Shown one piece after another: positions 23,274 to 32,000 of a stretch of DNA of 32,000 bases (position 1 is its first letter; every line of letters starts with the position of its first letter). A program made the position numbers and the translations under genes. Under the pieces are notes generated by a model, which saw only the letters and a program-made list of their open reading frames with translations, did no database searches and had not been told where the DNA came from. This stretch comes from Desulfotalea psychrophila LSv54 (GTDB lineage: Bacteria > Desulfobacterota > Desulfobulbia > Desulfobulbales > Desulfocapsaceae): the NCBI RefSeq assembly GCF_000025945.1, contig NC_006138.1, positions 3,030,001 through 3,062,000 of the forward strand, written 5' to 3'.

Positions 23274-25847
23274 ATGGCTCTTACAATTAATACCAATATC
23301 GGCTCTCTCAACGCGCAACGTAATCTGGGTATCTCCCAACGCGATCTCGCCACATCCATGCAACGACTCTCTTCTGGTCTGCGCATTAACTCTGCCAAAG
23401 ATGATGCCGCAGGACTGGCCATCTCTGACAGGATGACCGCTCAGGTACGTGGACTCAACCAAGCGTCCAGAAATGCCAACGATGGTATCTCCATGGCCCA
23501 AACCGCAGAGGGAGCCCTGCAAGAGTCAACCAATATCCTCCAACGTATCCGTGAACTTGCCGTTCAATCTGCCAATGACACCAATACCAACTCCGACCGT
23601 GCCTCCCTGAACTCTGAAGTACAACAGCTCAAAGAAGAGTTGAACCGTATTGCCTCCACCACCGAGTTCAACGGTCGCAAGGTCATTGACGGCACCATGA
23701 AGGATGCAACCTTCCAAGTGGGCCCAAATGCTGGTAAGGAGGAGAGTATCTCCTTTAGCGTCGCCAGCTCCCTGACAAAAGATCTCAGCCAGGACGGGGT
23801 GGCCATCAAGGCCCCAGGCGGCAGACCCGTACAGGGCGTCTCCCTGAGCGGCTCCATACCGGCCGGTTCCCTGGTAGTCAATGGCAAGGAGGTAGGAGCC
23901 GCCACCAATAACAGCGAACTGGCAGCTGCCATCCACACCGCCGACGAGGCCGTCACCGCCCGCCCCATTAACCATCAGCAATTTGAGTTCAGTAAAAGCC
24001 AGCTTGAGGTAAAGGATGACTTCCCCCTCACTGTAAATATTGACAATGCTACTCCTGTAACTGCCACCAATTTCACCATCAATGGTGTAGATCCCACCAA
24101 AACAGTAGACACCAACGATGCCAAGGTACTGGCAACTGCAATTAATGCTCAAACTACTGACGGAAAATTTGCGGTAGAGGCCACGGCCAGCAATGTCCAG
24201 GAATTTAGCTTTACCCCAATAACCGTATTAGGCACTGAGACATATACCTTAGATTTAAAAACAGGGACACCATTAGCCGCACTTACGCCCCTAGTCTTTA
24301 AGGCTCCAGACACAGCTGTTAGTCAACAAAATATTGTAGATAAAATTAACACGCTTGCACCTAAAGTTACCGCAAACATTGAGAACAATAAAGTTGTTAT
24401 TAGTACCCAAAACGGGGAAAATTTAAGTATTAAAGATACATTAACAGCGGGTGGATCTTCCACCGGAACGGGATTCAACGAAGCTGTTGAAAAGCCATAC
24501 TCCGGTGAGTTATCCCTGACCAGCAAGGAAGCATTCACCGTGGGGAGCGACACACCTGCAGCTCTCGAAGCAATGAAAATCGAGGCAGGTAAATACCCAG
24601 GCCCTGCCATCGTAGCAGGTAAACCGGTCACCGGCGCCCTCAAGGCCGGCGACCTGACCATCAACGGCAGGGATATCGGCGCCGTGGAGGGGGATGCCAC
24701 CAAGATTGCCGCGGCCATTCAGGAGGTGGACACCAATATCATTGCCACCCCGGAAAATATCCAGACCATCGGCTGGGGCGATGTTAATACCAGCGCCGGT
24801 TCCTACACCCTGGAGCTGGACGGTAAACCCATTATTATCAAGACAGCAGATGATAAAATTGATGGTGAGGAAATTGCCGCAGCCATTGGTAATACCGATG
24901 GATTCACCGCTACCTATGATAACCCCAATGTAGTCGTCACCAGAGCAGGTGGGCAGAACTTCACCATAAAGCAACGCCATGACGGCACCACCGCTGGTTT
25001 TGAGGCTAGTATGAGCGATGGTCGCGATCTTCGTGGCACTGTTCAGCTCAAGAGTAATATAGAGATAGATATTGCCGGTCAGGATCCCAGCAAGGCGGGT
25101 ATGATCAAGGGAGTCAATGCTCCTGGAGTCAAAGGCACCTATACCCTGAAGCTGACCCTCCCCGATAAGGTGGACCCGGACGCTGTTATCACCGTTGACA
25201 CCAAATCCGCCATGGCCAGTGGAGTGGTAACAGCCGAGGATGTGGCCAAGGCAATCAACAGTGATATCAAGGCCACCATGGAATTTTCTGCCAAGGTAAA
25301 CGATGACGGCATGCTTGAAATCACCAGAAACGACGGTAAAAAATTTAAAATAACCGAAGAGATAAAACAAAACGGAACGGATATCGATGATACAAGCGCC
25401 GGCATGCTTGGTGTTGGGGCTACGGCAAAGGACTTTGTCGGCCAGGTGGAGCTTGACAGTAAGATAGACATTGTCCTTGAAGGTGACTCCCTTGGCCTTG
25501 CCGGTCTGACCGGTCTGGGCAATAGCACCATCAGCATCGACCAGATAAACGTCCTCACCAGTGAGGCTTCCATCATCGCCATGGCCTCGGTGGATGAGGC
25601 AATCATGGATATTGACGCCATTCGCGGCGGACTTGGTGCGGTGCAAAACCGTTTCACCTCCACCATCAGTAACCTCAGTAACGTTTCCGAAAACCTCTCT
25701 GCGGCCAGATCCCGTATCCTTGATACCGATATTGCCATGGAGACCTCGGCCATGACCAAGAATAATATCCTGCAGCAGGCGGGTGTTTCCATCCTCACCC
25801 AGGCAAACCAGACACCACAGCTGGCCCTCTCCCTGCTTAAAGGCTAA
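23274..25847 (+). CDS. fliC: Flagellin, very large (857 aa) with a modular repeat core
   Basis: N-terminal D0/D1 ([17 protein letters not shown]...[20 protein letters not shown]...) and C-terminal D1/D0 ([15 protein letters not shown]...[27 protein letters not shown]). About 580 aa of internal repeats lie between them. Confidence 0.95.
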   Translation: MALTINTNIGSLNAQRNLGISQRDLATSMQRLSSGLRINSAKDDAAGLAISDRMTAQVRGLNQASRNANDGISMAQTAEGALQESTNILQRIRELAVQSANDTNTNSDRASLNSEVQQLKEELNRIASTTEFNGRKVIDGTMKDATFQVGPNAGKEESISFSVASSLTKDLSQDGVAIKAPGGRPVQGVSLSGSIPAGSLVVNGKEVGAATNNSELAAAIHTADEAVTARPINHQQFEFSKSQLEVKDDFPLTVNIDNATPVTATNFTINGVDPTKTVDTNDAKVLATAINAQTTDGKFAVEATASNVQEFSFTPITVLGTETYTLDLKTGTPLAALTPLVFKAPDTAVSQQNIVDKINTLAPKVTANIENNKVVISTQNGENLSIKDTLTAGGSSTGTGFNEAVEKPYSGELSLTSKEAFTVGSDTPAALEAMKIEAGKYPGPAIVAGKPVTGALKAGDLTINGRDIGAVEGDATKIAAAIQEVDTNIIATPENIQTIGWGDVNTSAGSYTLELDGKPIIIKTADDKIDGEEIAAAIGNTDGFTATYDNPNVVVTRAGGQNFTIKQRHDGTTAGFEASMSDGRDLRGTVQLKSNIEIDIAGQDPSKAGMIKGVNAPGVKGTYTLKLTLPDKVDPDAVITVDTKSAMASGVVTAEDVAKAINSDIKATMEFSAKVNDDGMLEITRNDGKKFKITEEIKQNGTDIDDTSAGMLGVGATAKDFVGQVELDSKIDIVLEGDSLGLAGLTGLGNSTISIDQINVLTSEASIIAMASVDEAIMDIDAIRGGLGAVQNRFTSTISNLSNVSENLSAARSRILDTDIAMETSAMTKNNILQQAGVSILTQANQTPQLALSLLKG
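23865..25514 (+). repeat. Protein-level module repeats forming the flagellin variable core (aa 198-747)
   Basis: ING-type units at aa 198-231, 265-305 and 459-493. YTL[DEK]L units at aa 324-387, 511-567 and 623-696. G-x-[LV]-x-L-x-S units at aa 410-433, 588-612 and 723-747. The units resemble the flagellin hook IN motif family, recalled from memory. Confidence 0.8.
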
Positions 25848-25876
25848 TTAAGGGATAAGCTCAGTATCGTAAACAT

Positions 25877-25920
25877 AAAAAAGGGACCCTCTTCTATTGA
25901 AGAGGGTCCCTTTTTTATTT
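25877..25920. terminator. Bidirectional rho-independent terminator shared by the flagellin gene (+) and the zinc-ribbon ORF (-)
   Basis: A6 (25877-82), a perfect 12-bp stem GGGACCCTCTTC (25883-94), loop TATT, GAAGAGGGTCCC (25899-910), then T6 (25911-16). Confidence 0.9.
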
Positions 25921-25942
25921 ACGGACAGGAGACAGACAAATA

Positions 25943-26530
25943 TTAAGCAGAAAAGACCAAACCACAATCCGGGCAGCAGGGCTGACCAGTGGTAAAGAGA
26001 TGGCCACAGGCCGGACAGCTGTTCTCCCGGCGACCCTCGTCTATAGCCCTATCCATTCCCACCAAATTATGGCTGGCAAGATGGGTTGATTTTTGAAAAT
26101 CCTGATGGAGGATCTGGCTTGCCTCATCCCTATCAGTCTCTCGCACCTGTAGATAGAGCTGAGGGCCACCACAGCATTTACCCAAGGCCGGATCATCGGA
26201 CAGTAAACGGGCGGGAATCTCTACCCGGGCCAGAAGCGTCTTGAGATGTTTCATCTCCTTCATCGGCCCCTTCTGCAGGGTAAGCATCGCCTCATCATCC
26301 CTGAGCAGCATGGAACGCGGCGCTCTACCAATCATCTTTTGTTGAAGTAAGGAGCGTTTATACTCACCGGTTATAAGCTCCACATCACAGGAGACACAGT
26401 GGGTCATATCACCTCGATACTCTTCATCACAAACCGGACAGTACATCATCTCAATATCAATGGCCAGGACTGCATCCTGCTCTGAACAGGATGCCTTATC
26501 CCCGGCAAATATCCGTGCTAGAAAGCCCAT
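25943..26530 (-). CDS. Uncharacterised protein with a zinc ribbon at each end, downstream of hslU
   Basis: ATG preceded by GGAG. CPVC-x13-CVSC near the N-terminus and CPAC-x11-CCPDC at the C-terminus. The central ~100 aa has no motif I recognise. Confidence 0.65.
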   Translation of the reverse strand: MGFLARIFAGDKASCSEQDAVLAIDIEMMYCPVCDEEYRGDMTHCVSCDVELITGEYKRSLLQQKMIGRAPRSMLLRDDEAMLTLQKGPMKEMKHLKTLLARVEIPARLLSDDPALGKCCGGPQLYLQVRETDRDEASQILHQDFQKSTHLASHNLVGMDRAIDEGRRENSCPACGHLFTTGQPCCPDCGLVFSA

Positions 26531-26540
26531 AAATCACTCC

Positions 26541-26590
26541 AAAAAAAGTATAGGGCAACCCCCCAAGAGATTTCTTAAGACATCGCCCTA
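26541..26590 (-). terminator. Possible attenuating stem-loop plus U7 between hslU and the zinc-ribbon ORF
   Basis: On the minus strand, TAGGGC (26590-85), a 28-nt loop, GCCCTA (26556-51), TAC, then T7 (26547-41). The large loop makes it atypical. Confidence 0.3.
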
Positions 26591-26615
26591 TGGATCATGC
26601 TAACAAACCGTCAGA

Positions 26616-27989
26616 CTAGAGAATGTAACGACTCAGGTCCTGATCTTCTGCAATTTCAGACAGTTGGTCACGCACATACTGGGCAGTTACCACAAATTCA
26701 CTCTCTTCACGCTCACAGGCATCAAAGGAGAGCACATCAAGTACCCGCTCAACCACGGTATGCAACCTTCTGGCCCCAATCTCCTCGGTACTCTCATTTA
26801 CCTGCACGGCAATGGTAGCTATCTCTTCAATAGCCTCGTCCTCAAAGCGAAGGGTCACACCCTCGGTTGCCAAAAGAGCTATATACTGCTTGGTAAGGGC
26901 ATTTTCTGGCTCGGTAAGAATACGAACAAACTCATCCTTACCCAGAGACTCAAGCTCCACCCTAATCGGAAATCGTCCCTGTAACTCTGGAATAAGATCA
27001 GAAGGCTTTGCTACATGAAAGGCTCCACTGGCAATAAAGAGAATGTGATCTGTCTTGACCATACCATATTTGGTAGAAACCGTGGCACCCTCAACAATGG
27101 GAAGGAGATCACGCTGGACCCCCTCACGAGAAACCTCAGGGCCATGGCTACTGCCACCCTTAGAGGCCACCTTATCAATCTCATCAAGGAAAACAATACC
27201 AGACTGCTCTGTTCTACGCAGGGCCTCTTTCAAGACCATCTCCATATCAACCAGTTTTTCCATCTCCTCTTTAGTGAGGACATCAAGGGCATCGGGCACC
27301 TTCATCTTGCTCTGCTTCGTCTTCTTGGGAAACATGCGGCTAAAGGCATCCTGGATATTTGACTGCATATCATCCATACCAGAAACACCCATTACCTCGA
27401 CCATGGGTGCCTGAGAGGTTTCTGTCACCTCAACCTCCACCTCACGCTCATCGAGTTTACCGTCACGAAGCATCTGACGAAATTTTTCTTTGGTGGAACT
27501 TCCCGCGGCAGACACATCAGCACTTGCCGGGAGAAGATCTACACTGGACTCCGAGTGAACAGGTGTCGGTGGTAGAAGTAAATCGAGAATACGATCTTCG
27601 GCATTTGCCTCAGCAAGACCTTCGATACGCTTTTTCTCCTCGTCCTTCACCATACTGATGGCAAGTTCCACCAAATCACGGATCATGGACTCAACATCGC
27701 GGCCGACATAACCCACCTCGGTAAATTTTGAGGCCTCTACCTTGATAAAGGGGGACTGAGCAAGACTTGCAAGTCTTCTCGCAATCTCGGTTTTACCCAC
27801 ACCGGTGGGTCCGATCATGATGATGTTTTTCGGAGCAATTTCTTCGCGCAGTGGAGAGGGGACCTGCTGACGACGCCAACGATTACGCAGTGCAATGGCA
27901 ACGGATCTCTTGGCTGCTGCCTGACCGACGATATATCTATCGAGTTCTGCGAGAGTTTCTTTTGGGGTAAGTGATGAGGAAATTGTCAT
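26616..27989 (-). CDS. hslU: ATP-dependent protease ATPase subunit HslU
   Basis: [34 protein letters not shown], Walker [16 protein letters not shown] and C-terminal SRYIL. ATGA overlap with hslV. Confidence 0.97.
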   Translation of the reverse strand: MTISSSLTPKETLAELDRYIVGQAAAKRSVAIALRNRWRRQQVPSPLREEIAPKNIIMIGPTGVGKTEIARRLASLAQSPFIKVEASKFTEVGYVGRDVESMIRDLVELAISMVKDEEKKRIEGLAEANAEDRILDLLLPPTPVHSESSVDLLPASADVSAAGSSTKEKFRQMLRDGKLDEREVEVEVTETSQAPMVEVMGVSGMDDMQSNIQDAFSRMFPKKTKQSKMKVPDALDVLTKEEMEKLVDMEMVLKEALRRTEQSGIVFLDEIDKVASKGGSSHGPEVSREGVQRDLLPIVEGATVSTKYGMVKTDHILFIASGAFHVAKPSDLIPELQGRFPIRVELESLGKDEFVRILTEPENALTKQYIALLATEGVTLRFEDEAIEEIATIAVQVNESTEEIGARRLHTVVERVLDVLSFDACEREESEFVVTAQYVRDQLSEIAEDQDLSRYIL

Positions 27990-28537
27990 ATCTTTTCAAT
28001 AGTAGTAGAATGATTAGTAAATACGCAAATATCTGCGGCAATTTTCATGGATGCCTTAGCAATTTCATAGGCATCAAGGTCACTGTTATGAACAAGGGCA
28101 AGAGCTGCTGCCTGGGCATAATGACCACCAGAACCAATGGACAGAACCCCCGTATCGGATTCTATAACATCACCTGTTCCGGAGAGAAGCAGAGAATAAT
28201 CTTTATCGGCGGCAATCAGCAGGGCTTCAAGTTTTCTGAGCATCTTATCGGTACGCCACTCTTTGGCAAGCTCGACTGCTGCTCGCATCAGATTGCCATT
28301 ATACTGCTCAAGTTTTTCTTCCAGTTTATCAAAGAGGGTAAAGGCATCGGCAGTTGCACCGGCAAATCCAGTAATAACTTGATCATGGTACAAACGACGT
28401 ACCTTGCGAGCATTATGCTTCATCACAGTATTACCCATGGAAACCTGGCCATCACCGGCAACTACCACCTCACCCTTATGGCGAATAGCCAGAATTGTCG
28501 TTGATCGTATCTTTTCTTGGTCTCTTTTGTTTTTCAC
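27986..28537 (-). CDS. hslV: ATP-dependent protease subunit HslV, with an N-terminal extension before the catalytic Thr
   Basis: [37 protein letters not shown]...GSGG aligns with E. coli HslV from its Thr2. The listed ORF begins at TTG 28582, 27 residues before TT. I tentatively prefer GTG 28537, which has an AAGG motif 6 nt upstream, 12 residues before TT. Confidence 0.9.
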   Translation of the reverse strand: MKNKRDQEKIRSTTILAIRHKGEVVVAGDGQVSMGNTVMKHNARKVRRLYHDQVITGFAGATADAFTLFDKLEEKLEQYNGNLMRAAVELAKEWRTDKMLRKLEALLIAADKDYSLLLSGTGDVIESDTGVLSIGSGGHYAQAAALALVHNSDLDAYEIAKASMKIAADICVFTNHSTTIEKI

Positions 28538-28639
28538 AGTATACCTTTTTTCAATCCTCGGATAGGTTCGGCCAAAGGCCAACCCATATCCTCTTGTTAT
28601 TGCAGGGCGGTAGATAAACCGACCTGCCTCTGTTGCAAT

Positions 28640-28668
28640 TATTTATTGGCAAAGCCCCCTCACATCAA
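28640..28668 (-). promoter_or_regulatory. Candidate sigma-70-type promoter for hslVU (TTGATG-N17-TAAATA)
   Basis: On the minus strand the -35 TTGATG lies at 28668-63 and the -10 TAAATA at 28645-40, with a 17-nt spacer. The same region has only a weak sigma-32-like match (CTTGATG-N13-CCAATAAA). Confidence 0.3.
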
Positions 28669-29069
28669 GATCAAAGAGATAGGAGGGAGGGCTGGAGATA
28701 AGATTGATTCAATGGATAATCACAATAAAAACAACTCTGCGACCAATCGAATCCTTCTCCTATCTCTTGTGCCAACCCTAAGCATTTCTTCTATGAAATC
28801 AAGATGACTGATCTTTTCCACCAAATTCAGCAAGAGTGGAGATGCGATTTATCCCATCTCATATGGGCAAAATTTCTTCTTTACCAAAGAGACCACTATT
28901 CCATCCCCCCCTACTCCCCCCCATGGCAAGGACAAAGATCAAGCAAAGCCAACAGAGAAAGAGACTTAAAACCGGCAGGATTCCAAGCAGAAGACTCTGC
29001 TACGACAAATTTCTACCCCGAGACTTCTCTCTTTTTTTTCATTCTGATAAGCAGCTTTATAAAAATATG

Positions 29070-29078
29070 TGCTATAGT
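29070..29078 (+). promoter_or_regulatory. Candidate extended -10 promoter element (TGCTATAGT) upstream of xseB
   Basis: TGn plus TATAGT read directly. No good -35 element. It would give a ~160-nt leader. Confidence 0.2.
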
Positions 29079-29244
29079 AACGTTTTTATAGAGGGTGGTC
29101 TTTCACCTTATGATAAACTGACTGATATTATTGAAAATTCACCTACAAAATAAATTACAGAGAAGAACTCGATCAGAGCCACCTGTTCTGAACGAAAATT
29201 CCCGATGACCCGACCGTCTTTTCACAAGAGGAGCGCCCCCTGTC

Positions 29245-29466
29245 ATGGCAAAAAGAACCTTTGAATCTTCACTGAGCAAACTTGAAAAAATCACAGAAGA
29301 ACTTGAAAGTGGCGAATTAAGTCTCGAAGGAAGTCTGAAAAAATTCGATGAGGGCATCCAACTCGCCCAGTTCTGCAATGAACAACTTGAAGGGGCCCGG
29401 GCAAAGGTAGAAATACTGATGAAAAAAGATGGCAAAGTTCAGGCAGTCCCCTTCGAAGAAGAGTAA
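29245..29466 (+). CDS. xseB: Exodeoxyribonuclease VII small subunit
   Basis: 73 aa. [51 protein letters not shown] is typical of XseB. Forms the conserved xseB-ispA-dxs arrangement. Confidence 0.93.
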
Positions 29467-29508
29467 TCCCTGTTCTGGCAATTAAAGACCTACAAACCAG
29501 GAAAAACA

Positions 29509-30405
29509 TTGAATATAAAAAATTATCTTGAGCAAAAGCGAAGCCTTGTTGAAGAGGCCATGGATCGTTTTATGCTCGAAGAATCTGGGCCCTTCAAAAA
29601 ACATATAGAGGCAATGCGTTACAGCCTTTTTGCAGGCGGAAAACGAATTCGCCCGATACTCTGTCTAGCCGCAGCAGACAGCATCTGTGCGCAGGAGAGA
29701 ACACAAGAAAACCTCCTTCCCGTTGCCTGCGCGCTTGAATGTATTCACACCTACTCCCTCATCCATGATGACCTACCAGCCATGGACGATGATCAATTAC
29801 GCCGAGGAAAGGCGACGAACCACGTTCTTTACGGCGAAGCAGGAGCCATTCTCGCAGGAGACGGTCTACTCTCCTGGGCTTTTGACCTGATCGCCGATAG
29901 AGGTAAGGGTAACCTGACCGCTGAAAAACGACTTGATATTTGCCATATGGTGGCCAGAGCAGCAGGATCCCTCGGCATGGTAGGAGGGCAGCAACTCGAT
30001 ATTCAAAGCGAAAACAAAGAGATCGATTTTGACACCCTAGCCACCATTCACCGCAGCAAAACGGGAGCCCTAATAACCTGTTCTATAATGAGCGGGGCCA
30101 TTGGTGCCGGAGCAAATGCCAAACAACTCCACGCCTTGGAAGAGTACGGCAATAATATTGGTCTTGCCTTTCAGATCATCGATGATCTGCTGGATGCAAC
30201 GGCGACCACAGAGGAGTTGGGCAAGACGGCAGGCAGTGATGCTGAACATGGCAAGGCCACCTATCCCCTCTTTTTCGGTATCGACAAGACCCGGGAAAAA
30301 GCAAAAGCAGCCGTTGACAATGCCATAAAAGCCCTCACCTTATTTGATCATAGGGCAGATCCTCTGAGAGGACTTGCCAACTATATATATTCCCGAACCA
30401 ACTAG
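29509..30405 (+). CDS. ispA: (2E,6E)-farnesyl diphosphate synthase / geranyltranstransferase
   Basis: TTG start. First Asp-rich motif [17 protein letters not shown] and second Asp-rich motif [16 protein letters not shown] near the N-terminus. Confidence 0.93.
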   Translation: MNIKNYLEQKRSLVEEAMDRFMLEESGPFKKHIEAMRYSLFAGGKRIRPILCLAAADSICAQERTQENLLPVACALECIHTYSLIHDDLPAMDDDQLRRGKATNHVLYGEAGAILAGDGLLSWAFDLIADRGKGNLTAEKRLDICHMVARAAGSLGMVGGQQLDIQSENKEIDFDTLATIHRSKTGALITCSIMSGAIGAGANAKQLHALEEYGNNIGLAFQIIDDLLDATATTEELGKTAGSDAEHGKATYPLFFGIDKTREKAKAAVDNAIKALTLFDHRADPLRGLANYIYSRTN

Positions 30406-30428
30406 CCACAACCCAAGGCTATAAAACT

Positions 30429-32000
30429 ATGTTACAACAAGCACAGACCACCTCCAGGAACACGCTACTTGACAGAGTTGACTCCCCAAAAGATATCCGT
30501 CAACTGACTCATGATGATCTCATCATTCTTGCAGCTGAAATCCGTGAAAAAATCATTGACACCGTTTCCAAAACTGGTGGCCACCTTGCCCCAAGCCTCG
30601 GAGTTGTTGAGCTCACCCTCGCCCTGCACTATGTCTTCAATACCCCAACGGACAAACTGGTCTGGGACGTAGGACACCAAAGTTACGCCCATAAAATTTT
30701 AACAGGGCGCAGGAAACAATTTGATACCCTGCGCCAGTACAGAGGTATGAGTGGTTTCCCCAAAAGGGGAGAGAGTGACTACGATGCCTTTGAGACAGGA
30801 CATAGCTCCACCTCTATCTCTGCCGCCTTGGGCATGACCCTCGCTATGGATCTGCTTCAACAGGACAATAAGGCTATTGCTGTTATCGGTGATGGCTCCA
30901 TGACGGCAGGCATGGCCTTTGAGGCACTCAACCACGCAGGCCATCTCGACAAGAATCTGATTGTTATCCTCAACGATAACGAGATGTCCATCTCGCCCAA
31001 CGTCGGCGCCCTCTCCAGTTTTCTCAGCAGAAAACTTACCGGTAAGACCATGCGCCGAGTAAAATCCCATCTGGTAGAAAAATTACAGGATTCGGATGTG
31101 GGAGAAAACATCCTCAACGTCCTGCGTAAGAGTGAAGAGAGCTTTAAAAGCTTTTTCACCCCAGGAATGCTCTTTGAGGCCTTTAAATTTGACTATATCG
31201 GCCCCATCGATGGCCATGATATTGACGCTCTGATCTCCACCCTGAATACCGTTCGCGATACAGCAAAGGGCCCTGCCCTCATCCATGTCCTCACAAAAAA
31301 AGGCAAAGGGTACCTGCCGGCAGAAGAAAACCCCGACGCCTTTCATGGTGTTGGCCCATTCAACCGACAGACAGGCAAGATTATTAAAAAGAAGGGACCG
31401 GCAAGCTACACCACTGTTTTTGGCCAGACCATGCTTGAGCTGGGGAAAAAAAATAAAAACATTGTGGCTATCTCGGCCGCCATGGTTGCCGGCACCGGTC
31501 TTACCCCGTTTTCTGAGGCCTACCCCGATCGTTTTTTCGATGTAGGCATAGCAGAACAGCATGCCATAACCTTTGCAGCAGGTCTTGCCTCGCAGGGAAT
31601 GCGCCCCGTAGTGGCCATCTATTCCAGTTTTTATCAACGGGCCATGGATCAAATTATCCACGATGTCTGCATCCCCAATCTGCCCGTTACCCTAGCCATA
31701 GACCGGGCAGGAGTGGTCGGCGATGATGGGCCAACCCATCACGGCATATTTGATATTTCTTTTTTACGATTTATCCCCAATCTAACCATCATGGCGCCAA
31801 AAGATGAGGCCGAACTCCAACAGATGCTGGTTACCGCAACCGGCCATGATGGCCCAACGGCAATTCGCTATCCGCGAGGTGCCGGGGAAGATGTAAGCAC
31901 AAGTCAAGAAATAGAGAGTATCCCCATCCTTGAAATAGGCAGGGGCGAACTGCTACGGGAAGGCGACGACATCCTCCTCCTCCCCATCGGCAACCGTGTT
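30429..32000 (+). CDS. dxs: 1-deoxy-D-xylulose-5-phosphate synthase, 3'-truncated by the window edge (absent from the supplied ORF track)
   Basis: My translation from ATG 30429 is open to base 32000 (524 codons). It reads [31 protein letters not shown]...[21 protein letters not shown]...[17 protein letters not shown]...[13 protein letters not shown]...[18 protein letters not shown]...[17 protein letters not shown]. Confidence 0.95.
   Translation, partial: MLQQAQTTSRNTLLDRVDSPKDIRQLTHDDLIILAAEIREKIIDTVSKTGGHLAPSLGVVELTLALHYVFNTPTDKLVWDVGHQSYAHKILTGRRKQFDTLRQYRGMSGFPKRGESDYDAFETGHSSTSISAALGMTLAMDLLQQDNKAIAVIGDGSMTAGMAFEALNHAGHLDKNLIVILNDNEMSISPNVGALSSFLSRKLTGKTMRRVKSHLVEKLQDSDVGENILNVLRKSEESFKSFFTPGMLFEAFKFDYIGPIDGHDIDALISTLNTVRDTAKGPALIHVLTKKGKGYLPAEENPDAFHGVGPFNRQTGKIIKKKGPASYTTVFGQTMLELGKKNKNIVAISAAMVAGTGLTPFSEAYPDRFFDVGIAEQHAITFAAGLASQGMRPVVAIYSSFYQRAMDQIIHDVCIPNLPVTLAIDRAGVVGDDGPTHHGIFDISFLRFIPNLTIMAPKDEAELQQMLVTATGHDGPTAIRYPRGAGEDVSTSQEIESIPILEIGRGELLREGDDILLLPIGNRV

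Noticed and set aside
23122-23436. 104-aa + strand ORF starting in the T-rich region and running into the flagellin gene in another frame
   Set aside because: It begins within the poly-T promoter region (FFLFFFISF...) and overlaps the clearly genuine flagellin frame, so it is an artefact.
23796-25538. Possible enzymatic (flagellinolysin-type metalloprotease) insert in the flagellin variable region
   Set aside because: The 857-aa sequence has no HExxH or other catalytic motif. The region is fully explained by repeat modules.
24510-25646. 378-aa minus-strand ORF, with further long antisense ORFs at 23526-24152, 25139-25798, 20034-20468 and 21108-21500, opposite the flagellin and flgL genes
   Set aside because: They lie entirely antisense to confidently identified genes whose Gly/Ala/Thr/Val-rich codons rarely produce stops on the opposite strand. 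The translations are low-complexity and have no recognisable motifs or RBS.
28199-28212. Perfect GCCGATAA sigma-28 -10 match on the minus strand inside hslV
   Set aside because: It has no -35 TAAA at the proper spacing, lies inside a housekeeping gene and precedes no ORF.
28901-28926. Two C7 runs (G7 on the minus strand) as a G-quadruplex, i-motif or phase-variation switch
   Set aside because: Only two G-runs are present, too few for an intramolecular quadruplex. They are not positioned between promoter elements or inside a coding frame I believe in.
28680-28985. Cluster of GGA motifs that might indicate a CsrB-like CsrA-sponge sRNA
   Set aside because: I counted about seven GGA in ~300 nt, close to chance expectation. 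They are not set in repeated hairpin-loop contexts.
28517-29153. Three + strand ORFs (96, 95 and 105 aa) in the hslV-xseB spacer
   Set aside because: They overlap one another in different frames, lack Shine-Dalgarno sequences, and have implausible basic or Pro-rich composition (for example PKRPLFHPPLLPPMARTKIKQSQQRKRLK). I treat them as non-coding but flag the whole spacer as a finding.

Overview
About 26 kb of the + strand (bases 1-25,850) is one tightly packed flagellar supercluster: motA (5'-truncated by the window edge)-motB-fliL-fliM-fliN-fliO-fliP-fliQ-fliR-flhB-flhA-flhF-flhG-fliA-orf146-flgF-flgG-flgA-flgH-flgI-flgJ (rod-binding domain only)-orf172-flgM-flgN-flgK-flgL-csrA-fliW-flagellin. 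A bidirectional intrinsic terminator at about 25.9 kb ends the cluster. Housekeeping genes follow. On the minus strand these are hslV-hslU plus a double zinc-ribbon ORF. After a ~660-nt spacer with no convincing gene comes xseB-ispA-dxs on the + strand. dxs runs off the 3' edge and is missing from the supplied ORF track. I found no rRNA, tRNA, CRISPR array, transposase, integrase or IS-like repeat. Gene order (flhF-flhG-fliA; flgM-flgN-flgK-flgL-csrA-fliW) and the short FlgJ suggest a polar-flagellate, non-enteric, possibly Desulfobacterota-like organism, but that is inference only. The least ordinary content is an 857-aa flagellin and a 757-aa FlgL, both carrying tandem internal modules that look like the same family. 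Other points of interest are three sigma-28-type promoters, a CsrA/FliW/flagellin-leader arrangement, two uncharacterised ORFs inside the flagellar regulon, an HslV with an N-terminal extension ahead of its catalytic Thr, and the unexplained spacer. I do not see convincing evidence for a wholly new multi-gene system. The findings are leads, not discoveries.
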